27,389 nt of DNA from IMG/VR virus record IMGVR_UViG_3300035492_000047, positions 1 through 27,389 of that record. One strand, written 5' to 3'. Both the position numbers and the translations under genes were made by a program. This document shows, one piece after another, positions 1 to 7,654 of the stretch. Every line of letters starts with the position of its first letter. The stretch's first letter is position 1. The notes under the pieces are model-generated. The model had not been told where the DNA came from. It saw only the letters and a program-made list of their open reading frames with translations, and made no database searches. Source of the stretch: a virus (taxonomy: Duplodnaviria; Caudoviricetes).

Positions 1-1315
1 AGTCCAGTACAATACAAACATCTTCATATTCGTCAGAAATTTGTTTTAGATTACTACTAACATCAGTAATTTCTTTTTCTATTTCTTCTATTGTTGAGAC
101 ATTTATCTCAACTTTTTCTTCATCAACGTGAGACTGTTTGCAGTATGGACACGTACCAGATGCAAGCTGATCCGTTTCTTTGACCAATGAATCTAACTGC
201 TTCTCTAAGCTAGATAATACTGATGTAAGTTCTCGCTTCTTACTTGCTAAAACTGTTTTCTGTTGCTGATATGAATTTTGTTTACTCACTTGTCGCTGTT
301 GGGCATCAAACCGCGATCTTACATCTTCAAGACTTCCGTATTTTTCTTTGAGATGTTGTTCTTCTTCGTCAAGTGAAGAAACAAGAGCATCATATTTCCG
401 CTGAGTGTCACCAATAGCAGAAAAAATACCCTGAATTTCTTTCAGAGTAGAACTTAGTTCGTGGACGTCTTTGAACTTTGACAGTTCCGAGTTTGAACGT
501 AAAAGTTCCTGATGCAACTCTGATTCTTCGGCAGACAACTCTTCAATCTCTGATAATTCTTTCTCAAGTGCAACTCTATCATAAGTAACAAAATTCTTAA
601 TTTTTTCAATTAGTTCATCAATTTTTTGATTGTGTTGATCGTCCCAACTAATTGCACTTAGTGCTAGGTTCTCAATCTGTTTCTGTACTCGGTCATTGTT
701 AGCTTGCACAACACCAAGTTTTTCTTCAGCAATTTTTAAATCTACTTGCTGTTCTTTTCGGATGACCTTTAGTTTCTCTGCTCGTTTAGCAAGTACGTCT
801 AATGACAACATACTCTCAATGAAGTTTCGCTGATCGCCAGTAGACATCGACATGAATGGCTCTAGGTGTGGAGTTAATGCAACGACACCCAAGAAAATAT
901 GGTGAGGGATGTTGTAGAATAGCTCCACAATCGCCTTATCGGTGTTAGACATACTATCACGGGTCAGATTCTCTGTACCTCGATACAGTTCGACTGAATT
1001 CGGTTTACGTTGACGAATGATCTTATAGTCAACCCCATTGATTGAGAAATCTAACTCAACGTGCAGATTTTTCTCATTGACCAAGTTGATGAATTCATCA
1101 GTCTTGAGTTTATCTAACCCCTTACCATATATAGCAAAAATGACCGCTTGGATAGCCGCAGTTTTTCCTACACCATTAGCACTACCACCAGTAGCACCAA
1201 TGTCTTTGTTATTACCAATGATTAGGGTACTTTTTTCATCATCCAGTTTCAACGTGGTTAGTTTATTTCCATAAGACAGGAAATTCTTAATCCCAATGTT
1301 TTTAAAAACAATCAT
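1..1315 (-). CDS. gp46: Recombination endonuclease ATPase subunit (T4 gp46 / Rad50-SbcC-like), truncated by the window edge
   Basis: Not in the ORF track because there is no stop in the window. Manual translation from ATG at 1315 gives MIVFKNIGIKNFLSYGNK, Walker A GGSANGVGKT, a long coiled coil and a Zn-hook CPYC near 140-152. ATGA overlap with the gp47 stop. Confidence 0.95.
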   Translation of the reverse strand, partial: MIVFKNIGIKNFLSYGNKLTTLKLDDEKSTLIIGNNKDIGATGGSANGVGKTAAIQAVIFAIYGKGLDKLKTDEFINLVNEKNLHVELDFSINGVDYKIIRQRKPNSVELYRGTENLTRDSMSNTDKAIVELFYNIPHHIFLGVVALTPHLEPFMSMSTGDQRNFIESMLSLDVLAKRAEKLKVIRKEQQVDLKIAEEKLGVVQANNDRVQKQIENLALSAISWDDQHNQKIDELIEKIKNFVTYDRVALEKELSEIEELSAEESELHQELLRSNSELSKFKDVHELSSTLKEIQGIFSAIGDTQRKYDALVSSLDEEEQHLKEKYGSLEDVRSRFDAQQRQVSKQNSYQQQKTVLASKKRELTSVLSSLEKQLDSLVKETDQLASGTCPYCKQSHVDEEKVEINVSTIEEIEKEITDVSSNLKQISDEYEDVCIVLD

Positions 1316-2352
1316 TCTGTTTCTCTCTCCATGGCTTCTTGATAGATAGCTTTCAGTATCTCGTTATCGACACTAGCAATTTTGTTTGATTCATCTAAGA
1401 ATTTCAGCACCACTGCGTCAATATTCTCTACGTTTTCTACTGTACCAACATCTCCCTCTAAAATCAACTTTGCTGCTGATGGAGTGTGTTGGATCTTAAA
1501 TTCAGAGACCTTTAACTCAGTCAATAATGCCTGAACGTCAGAGATGATCGTTTCGTCTTCTAAGTCATCAGGGAATTCTACACGCAAGTATGTGTTTTCT
1601 GGATCGATCTCATCAAGAATATCTTCTAGTTTGTCATATGGAATTGATAAGACATTGACACCTTTGTACTCGACAAACTCCAAAACACCCGTGTCCAGAT
1701 CTAAGAAATATATGCCATGTGCTTCGTTAGCTTCGTTCATGGTAATTGGGATTGGAGTTCCGCAATACGTGATGTTTTCTTTTGTCTGTGGGGAGTGGTA
1801 GTGTCCAGTGTACACATGTTTCAAATGTGACAACTCTTTTGGTGATTGTCCATGCTCCATCTCATACGAATCGTTCACTTTGAACCCATTAAGTTCCAAA
1901 TGTGCAAACATGTAATCGACTTTAGATGTTTTAGATAACTTGATCGCATTATCCCACATCTCACCATCAACTACCCATGGTAATGCAAGCACCTTGCCAT
2001 CAAAAATAACGGTAGGTTCGTCAATGACAGTCATGTAGTGCTCTAAGAACTTCATGCTGTTTACATCAAGGCGATCTCGATAGAACGTGTCGTGGTTTGA
2101 TACAATTGTATAAACTTCATCAAAGCCGTCTCGCAGAATCTCAGCACCCTTGATGGAGTAGTTAATTGTCTCCACAACGAGCTTGTGGCGGTCGTGGTGC
2201 CAATCTCCAAGCTGGAAGCATACTTTACAGCCCCTAGCTTTAGATTCGCTTACAGTGAATTCTAGGAGCTTTAACAACTGTTCATTGAACTTTGATGAAT
2301 TACCCTTTTCACCAAAGTGTAAGTCACCAACCAAACAAACTAAATTACTCAT
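1312..2352 (-). CDS. gp47: Recombination endonuclease nuclease subunit (T4 gp47 / Mre11-SbcD-like metallophosphoesterase)
   Basis: Metallophosphoesterase motifs GDLHFG, LGDWHH, SNHD, AHLE, TGHYH; directly upstream of gp46. Confidence 0.95.
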   Translation of the reverse strand: MSNLVCLVGDLHFGEKGNSSKFNEQLLKLLEFTVSESKARGCKVCFQLGDWHHDRHKLVVETINYSIKGAEILRDGFDEVYTIVSNHDTFYRDRLDVNSMKFLEHYMTVIDEPTVIFDGKVLALPWVVDGEMWDNAIKLSKTSKVDYMFAHLELNGFKVNDSYEMEHGQSPKELSHLKHVYTGHYHSPQTKENITYCGTPIPITMNEANEAHGIYFLDLDTGVLEFVEYKGVNVLSIPYDKLEDILDEIDPENTYLRVEFPDDLEDETIISDVQALLTELKVSEFKIQHTPSAAKLILEGDVGTVENVENIDAVVLKFLDESNKIASVDNEILKAIYQEAMERETE

Positions 2353-4126
2353 CTTTTCTCCAAATATATTTTAAAAGCCCACAATCATAAATTCGGTAAA
2401 TACCGTTTTCCAATGTATTATCAAGCTCTGAAAGATTTTTGTCAAATTTTTCTAAATTCTTCTCCAACAAGTTTTTTCTAAACTTTCTTTTGTTGACCCG
2501 TCTTTCATTAACAACGTAAGCGTATGATGGGTCTGTTTCATATAGAAATTTGAACCCATTTTTATCATAAACAGAACCTACTGACCATCGTCTGTCAGCA
2601 AAAGATATAATTTCACTAATTCCCAACTCATTAACCATTGATGAGAATAGCTTACTAAACCCACCAACTACTAAATGTTTTGTACTAAATCGCACCAATT
2701 CAGTTCTTCCAAAGTTTTCTTTAAAACTCATCATTGCAACAATATTTTCATTTTCGTCTCGAAGAGCATATGTGGACCCATAAGAACATGCGCCTTGTAT
2801 GTGTGTTTCGTTATAAAATTCATCAATAACACTTTTTTCTAAGCATCGCTCTATTTTACATTTTCTTGCAAAAATTCTTGGTCCATCATACAAGCCTAAA
2901 ATAGATTTTATTTTTTCTTTTACTATTTCTTTTTTATGATTCCACTCATCTTCAAAAATATGAATTAATCGAATACCAGCGCTTCTCGCTCTCTCAGTTT
3001 TTTCTAAATGATAGTTTCGATTTTTAAATTTGGTGGAATGCCAGTAAAGACCGTTAAACTCTAATGCAATATTTTTTTCTGGGATCAAAATGTCTAACTC
3101 CATGCCAGAAAGAGATTTTCTATCATTTTCTACAACTTGTACCCCAAGTGATTTTATGAAGTTTATCAAATCAACTTCACTAAAAGATCTTTGTTTTTTT
3201 GTAGCAATGCCGTGTGTATTCATGTAATCATAAACAGTGGTTTGGTTTATACCATATTTTTTGGCTATCCCATAAACACCAATTGTTTCATATAGAGCTT
3301 TTACCTCTTCTTTATTTTTAAGAAATTTGATACAGTCATTACTCATGTGCATCTGATTTATATTTTCAGCACCATATTTTTCTATATTTGTTTTTTTAAT
3401 TTTTTCTTTTACTACTCTATCCATGAACACACAAGAAACTCCATATCTTTTTATATTAGTTTCTTTTATTTTTAATGTCCTATTTTTTTTAATTTCGTCA
3501 GTTATGGATTTTTTTAGCTTTTTCTTTACATCATCGTTATGCATAGGATTTGTTGCACCGTATCTATGCATATTTGTTTCTTTTGTCTTTTTCTTAATAT
3601 ACTCACATTGCATCGGGTGCGATGTTCCATATTTTTCTATACTACTTTTTCTTTTTTTATTTAAAATTGTTTCTTTATTTTTATTAAAGGTAGACTTAAA
3701 AGATTCTGAAGCTTTTTTCTTAAACTCATCAACTTGAATAGGATGTTCTACTCCGTATTTTTCCATTAATGTTACTGACGCTTTTTTTCTCCTAACAGAT
3801 CTTATAGTTTTATCATCAGGAGGTATTATGTTTTTATTTTTAACAAAACGACTACATTCTTCTGAGCATGTTTTATTGAGATAACCAACAGCACTCATAC
3901 TAACTTTATTGGTACAGACTTCGCATGTAGGAAGGTCTTCACTCGTTAAAATACCATTACATAAAAAATCTAATCTAGTCCCCATTCTGATTTGTTTTTT
4001 AAAAAAAATATCTACCCATGATGTTAGGTTTTTTATTTTATCCGACAGATGTTTATCTTCTTTACAAAGTCGTCTGGAGTTTTTATATTTTTCTTTTATG
4101 AATGAGATTAATTCTTCTTCACTCAT
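2345..4126 (-). CDS. Hef-like putative homing endonuclease: CxxC ribbon, (K/R)YG repeats, HTH, Vsr/DUF559-like nuclease, C-terminal GNAT/Mom-like domain
   Basis: Motifs CEVC...CSEEC; five (K/R)YG repeats; IAKKYGINQTTVYDYM HTH; ELDILIPEKNIALEFNGLYWHS...LIHIFEDEW nuclease; ELVRF...GGFSKL...SFADRRWSVGSVY. Visibly more AT-rich than neighbours and inserted between gp55 and gp47. Confidence 0.8.
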   Translation of the reverse strand: MSEEELISFIKEKYKNSRRLCKEDKHLSDKIKNLTSWVDIFFKKQIRMGTRLDFLCNGILTSEDLPTCEVCTNKVSMSAVGYLNKTCSEECSRFVKNKNIIPPDDKTIRSVRRKKASVTLMEKYGVEHPIQVDEFKKKASESFKSTFNKNKETILNKKRKSSIEKYGTSHPMQCEYIKKKTKETNMHRYGATNPMHNDDVKKKLKKSITDEIKKNRTLKIKETNIKRYGVSCVFMDRVVKEKIKKTNIEKYGAENINQMHMSNDCIKFLKNKEEVKALYETIGVYGIAKKYGINQTTVYDYMNTHGIATKKQRSFSEVDLINFIKSLGVQVVENDRKSLSGMELDILIPEKNIALEFNGLYWHSTKFKNRNYHLEKTERARSAGIRLIHIFEDEWNHKKEIVKEKIKSILGLYDGPRIFARKCKIERCLEKSVIDEFYNETHIQGACSYGSTYALRDENENIVAMMSFKENFGRTELVRFSTKHLVVGGFSKLFSSMVNELGISEIISFADRRWSVGSVYDKNGFKFLYETDPSYAYVVNERRVNKRKFRKNLLEKNLEKFDKNLSELDNTLENGIYRIYDCGLLKYIWRKDE

Positions 4127-4664
4127 CTATCTCGTGTCCTTCATAATCATCAATTGCGACAGGATCGTCTTCATACTCTTGGTTTTCAAATGGTGATTTC
4201 TCATCATCCCCATCAACACCAAACTCTTTCTCAAGAACAGTATCGTACCCATAGGTAGTCTCTAGTCCGTTTTCCAGTCTAATCTTATTTCGGACGTTTG
4301 TCACTCCATATTCTGCTTTCATGAAGGCTTTAAGTGCGTTGAAGATGCATTTGGTGAAGAAAGCGTGTGGATTGTAGCAAGTCAGGTAGTTGTACTTGAC
4401 GATTGATTTGCCGTCCCAATCAACACCGTCTGGAAATGGCTTGAATTTAGCAAATCCCTTAGACACACAAACTAAGACTGCTTCTGAGATCATATCTTGC
4501 TTGATGTGAGTGTACCTGCTCCAGTACCGATGCTGTGTTGTCTTTTCAGCCAGAAGCATAAACATCCTAGCTAGTCTGTCTGATACTTTTCCATCAATCT
4601 TAGAACGTAATAGCTCTTCAAAGAATGCATCTGGTGGTAGGTATAAGTCTTTATTTTTCTCCAT
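4119..4664 (-). CDS. gp55: Late-transcription sigma factor (T4 gp55-like)
   Basis: KQDMISEAVLVC and NPHAFFTKCIFNA resemble gp55 region-2 motifs. 181 aa with acidic tail, in T4-like 55-47-46 order, and TATAAATA promoters are present in the window. Confidence 0.9.
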   Translation of the reverse strand: MEKNKDLYLPPDAFFEELLRSKIDGKVSDRLARMFMLLAEKTTQHRYWSRYTHIKQDMISEAVLVCVSKGFAKFKPFPDGVDWDGKSIVKYNYLTCYNPHAFFTKCIFNALKAFMKAEYGVTNVRNKIRLENGLETTYGYDTVLEKEFGVDGDDEKSPFENQEYEDDPVAIDDYEGHEIDE

Positions 4665-4693
4665 GGTTCAAATTACTCCGGTTGATTTCACCT

Positions 4694-4722
4694 ATAGTAA
4701 TCATAAAAGAATCCATTGTCAA
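4694..4722 (-). promoter_or_regulatory. Sigma70 promoter P1 of the gp55-gp46 operon
   Basis: Minus strand TTGACA (4722-4717), 17-bp spacer, TACTAT (4699-4694); GGAG at 4679-4676. Confidence 0.8.
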
Positions 4723-4742
4723 GTAAAAATTCAAAACTTTTT

Positions 4743-4771
4743 ATCTTATTCTAGTTCCTAAATCTTGTCAA
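4743..4771 (-). promoter_or_regulatory. Sigma70 promoter P2 of the gp55-gp46 operon
   Basis: Minus strand TTGACA (4771-4766), 17-bp spacer, TAAGAT (4748-4743). Confidence 0.75.
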
Positions 4772-4820
4772 TTTTTATCTCATTTCTCTGTTTTTCTCTT
4801 CTCAAAATACCTCAAAAAAA

Positions 4821-4919
4821 AAGTAGAAATTTCCAAATTATTTTTCGAGCTAGAGGTCTTATGGATATTGGATTTCTACCCTATTTGGTAATTAGATTAA
4901 ACTGTTTAAATAATAGCGT
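4821..4919. repeat. Bipartite direct repeat, copy 1
   Basis: Block A 4821-4857, 23-bp variable middle, block B 4881-4919; aligns without gaps to 5302-5400. Confidence 0.95.
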
Positions 4920-5301
4920 GAATGGAAACTTAGAAAATAATAGATGGAATTACCCAAATTAGAAACAGTTCTCAGAATTTATAGATTACCTAAAATTGGA
5001 ACAGACGAAGATAAATTCAGATCCCTAAAATCGGTAATTAGATCTCTATCCAGATTTACCTATTTTCGAGACAAGAAAAAGTTGAGAAAGTGATCAGTAG
5101 TTCTAATTTTAAGATTGAGAATCAGATCGTCCCTGTAATCAATTTTAAGACTCTCTTTCGACATCCAAGTATGTTGACTTACCAAATACCCATAAAATTG
5201 ATTCTGGTTGATTCTAGGTGCATTAGATTTGATTCTGATATGTCTATCTACAGTAGCATTAAGATGAATTGATGAACCTGATAAGACAACAACACCAAAA
5301 T

Positions 5302-5400
5302 AAGTCGAAATTTCCGAATTATTTTTCGTTCTGGAGGTACTGAGAACACTCACTTCTTGGGCTATTTGGTAATTAGATTAAACTGTTTATATAATACCGT
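5302..5400. repeat. Bipartite direct repeat, copy 2
   Basis: Block A 32/37 and block B 37/39 identical to copy 1; offset is 481 bp for both blocks. Confidence 0.95.
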
Positions 5401-5535
5401 CAGAATTTGAAAATAGAATACTGAGAAAATCGGATAGAAAGTGATACATATCTATCACATTAGAAAACATTTTATTAACAATTAAATTTAACATCTGGTT
5501 AACTCAGATTAACTTTTAATTGTTTCATAGAAATT

Positions 5536-5543
5536 TATAAATA
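5536..5543 (+). promoter_or_regulatory. T4-type late promoter for the sheath/tube genes
   Basis: Exact TATAAATA ending 36 nt before the sheath ATG; AGGAG RBS at 5569-5573. Confidence 0.85.
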
Positions 5544-5579
5544 GAGTAATACTTAAAAAAGTTAAATCAGGAGATTACA

Positions 5580-7025
5580 ATGACTAATAAAGTTGGTGTG
5601 TTCAACAGCATCGTGGATAGAACCTTTACTGGCGAATCTGACGGTGTAGTCTCTTGCGGTATCGTTATTACTGGTCGGCGTGGCTCTCAGGGAGTTAGAA
5701 CAATTAACTCTTTGCGCCAATTTATTGATGAGTATGGTACTCCAAGAAAAACAGACATTTCAATGTTAGCTGCTATCCGCTATTTACGCCGCGCTCGTTT
5801 CTTAAACGTAGTTCGTGTGGTTAATGACGCAGTTGCTGCATCTTTCACTATCACAGACGAAGCCACATTCACTGCTAAGAACGCTGGCGCTTGGGGTAAC
5901 GATATTGATATTGATTTTGTTACTATTGCCGATGCACCTGCTGGTGTGTTTGGTGTTTCTGTTAAGTTTAAAGACTCTCAGGTCGAATTCCACGAAGTCT
6001 CATTAAACCCAGAACAGAAGAATGGTTTTGGTCGGAATATTTTTATTGAGAATGTTCTGAACTTACGTTCAAACTATGTTGACGTTGCAGTTGATGAAGC
6101 ATTTACTGGTGCTGCGTTTACTCCATTGACTATTACATTAGCTGCTGGTGCTGATGATACGTCTGCACCTACTCCAGTACAAATCTCAGATGGATGGGAA
6201 TTGTTCAAGAACAAAGAAGACGTAGATACTCGTTTCTTAATCAATGCTGGTTTGGTTGATCCTATTATTCAAGCCAAAATGTCAGAAGTTGCTGCTTACC
6301 GTGGTGATTGCTTACCGATATTCGACTTACCTCTGTCAGAGTCTTATGACACCAGCGACATGATCCTGTATCGTGATGACGATTTGGCATTGGATACCCA
6401 TTTTGGCTCAATCTATGGTGGTTGGTTAAAAGTTCAAGATCAGTTCAATGATGCAGAAGTTTGGATTCCACCTTCAGCCGATGTTGCTGCTAACTGGACT
6501 ACTGTTATCGGTAATGGTGAGTATTGGCTTGCTGCTATGGGTATAGAGACTGGTGTTATTCCTGACGTTATTGATGTATCTCTGCGCATGGATGATACAC
6601 AGCGTACTGAGATCTACGCCAAGGGAATTAACCCAGTGACCAAGATTGGTTCTAACGTAGCAGTTATGATGGGCCAAAAAACACTTCAGCGTCTCGCCAG
6701 CGGCATGGATCGTATGAACGTGGTGAATAACGTACTGTGGATGTCAAATCGCTTAGAAACGATTCTGATGCGTTTTGTTGGTCGTCCAAATACTAAGTTC
6801 CAGCGTGATAATGCTAACTATGCATGTACTTCTTTCTTGGAAGGTGTTAAGCGGAAAGAAGGTGTTTATGATTTTGCCGTAGACACATCTGATAGTTTAA
6901 ATACCCCAGAAGTAATCGACAACCAAGAATTCTTTGTTGACGTTTATGTACAACCAACCCGAATCATGGAGGCAATTAACCTACGTCTGATTGTTACACC
7001 TACTGGTGTACGGCTGAGTCAATAA
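5580..7025 (+). CDS. gp18: Tail sheath protein
   Basis: FIDEYGTP, AKNAGAWGN, WIPPS, GINPV, GQKTLQ...DRMNV and D-S-LNTPEVID...VYVQPTRIMEAINL are sheath motifs. Confidence 0.95.
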   Translation: MTNKVGVFNSIVDRTFTGESDGVVSCGIVITGRRGSQGVRTINSLRQFIDEYGTPRKTDISMLAAIRYLRRARFLNVVRVVNDAVAASFTITDEATFTAKNAGAWGNDIDIDFVTIADAPAGVFGVSVKFKDSQVEFHEVSLNPEQKNGFGRNIFIENVLNLRSNYVDVAVDEAFTGAAFTPLTITLAAGADDTSAPTPVQISDGWELFKNKEDVDTRFLINAGLVDPIIQAKMSEVAAYRGDCLPIFDLPLSESYDTSDMILYRDDDLALDTHFGSIYGGWLKVQDQFNDAEVWIPPSADVAANWTTVIGNGEYWLAAMGIETGVIPDVIDVSLRMDDTQRTEIYAKGINPVTKIGSNVAVMMGQKTLQRLASGMDRMNVVNNVLWMSNRLETILMRFVGRPNTKFQRDNANYACTSFLEGVKRKEGVYDFAVDTSDSLNTPEVIDNQEFFVDVYVQPTRIMEAINLRLIVTPTGVRLSQ

Positions 7026-7045
7026 GGGCACGTTTGTGCCCCTTT
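7026..7045 (+). other. GC-rich hairpin between sheath and tube genes (weak terminator or mRNA stabiliser)
   Basis: GGGCAC-GTTT-GTGCCC followed by CTTT, just before the tube RBS AAGGAG. Confidence 0.55.
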
Positions 7046-7059
7046 AAGGAGTTTAAATA

Positions 7060-7566
7060 ATGGCTAACATTCAAGATATTCGTGGTAATGGCTCTCCACA
7101 ACGTAATTATGAGTTTGAGGTTGAAATCTTAGGCTCTATTGCTGGTGGTACATTACCAATTTTAACTCAACGAGTTCAGAACGCAACGATTCCTGAAACT
7201 GCGGTTGAGACATTTGAGATTAACTATAAATCTCGAAAGACTATGTATGCAGGTCGTGATGCTTCAGGTCATACCATGTCAATCACCTTCTGGAATGATG
7301 AAGATAACAGTGTTTATCGCTTCTTCAAAGACTGGATGGAGAACGGTATTTCAAATAGTATCGTTGGTGGTGGTTTAAGCAAAGACTTATATACCGCACA
7401 GATGAGAATCACTCAGTTTGCTACTGATTCAGTAACACCCACTGCGGTTCACTTCTTGGACGGTGTATTCCCAACTAACATCGGTGACATTACACTGAAC
7501 TATGATGCGTCTGAATCATCAACTGTTGATGTGACATTCTCGTTTGAGACAAACACCCTACAGTAA
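7060..7566 (+). CDS. gp19: Tail tube protein (T4 gp19-like)
   Basis: 168 aa directly after the sheath; AGR...ITFWND...FFKDW, GVFPTNIGDITLNYD, DVTFSF; strong RBS. Confidence 0.9.
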   Translation: MANIQDIRGNGSPQRNYEFEVEILGSIAGGTLPILTQRVQNATIPETAVETFEINYKSRKTMYAGRDASGHTMSITFWNDEDNSVYRFFKDWMENGISNSIVGGGLSKDLYTAQMRITQFATDSVTPTAVHFLDGVFPTNIGDITLNYDASESSTVDVTFSFETNTLQ

Positions 7567-7594
7567 AAAGCAATAATAACATAACTGTAACTTT

Positions 7595-7617
7595 GCCCTC
7601 CTTGTGAGGGCTTTTTT
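7595..7617 (+). terminator. Rho-independent terminator
   Basis: GCCCTC-CTTGT-GAGGGC followed by T6. Confidence 0.85.
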
Positions 7618-7620
7618 GTT

Positions 7621-7628
7621 TATAAATA
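7621..7628 (+). promoter_or_regulatory. T4-type late promoter
   Basis: Exact TATAAATA immediately after the terminator. Confidence 0.8.
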
Positions 7629-7654
7629 ATTTAGTATGTGTACTGGAGTGTAAT

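Noticed and set aside
2345-4126. Intron, intein or IS transposase
   Set aside because: Flanking genes are uninterrupted, there is no non-coding room for a ribozyme, and no terminal inverted repeats or DDE/HUH motifs were recognised.
1038-4761. Short plus-strand ORFs opposite gp46, gp47, the endonuclease and gp55
   Set aside because: Antisense shadows of well-supported genes.
4765-5353. Listed ORFs 4765-4962 (+) and 5060-5353 (-) as genes
   Set aside because: Non-ATG starts, no RBS, atypical composition; they run through the repeat and promoter elements.
4821-5400. CRISPR array
   Set aside because: Only two units 481 bp apart, the blocks flanking the variable part differ from each other, and no cas genes are in the window.
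5440-5459. CRP site
   Set aside because: AGTGA and TCACA are separated by 10 bp rather than 6.
7052-7059. TTTAAATA as a late promoter for the tube gene
   Set aside because: It sits between the RBS and the ATG, so a transcript from it would lack the RBS.
7604-7654. GTG start at 7604
   Set aside because: Lies in the terminator hairpin, upstream of the late promoter; ATG 7655 has the RBS.
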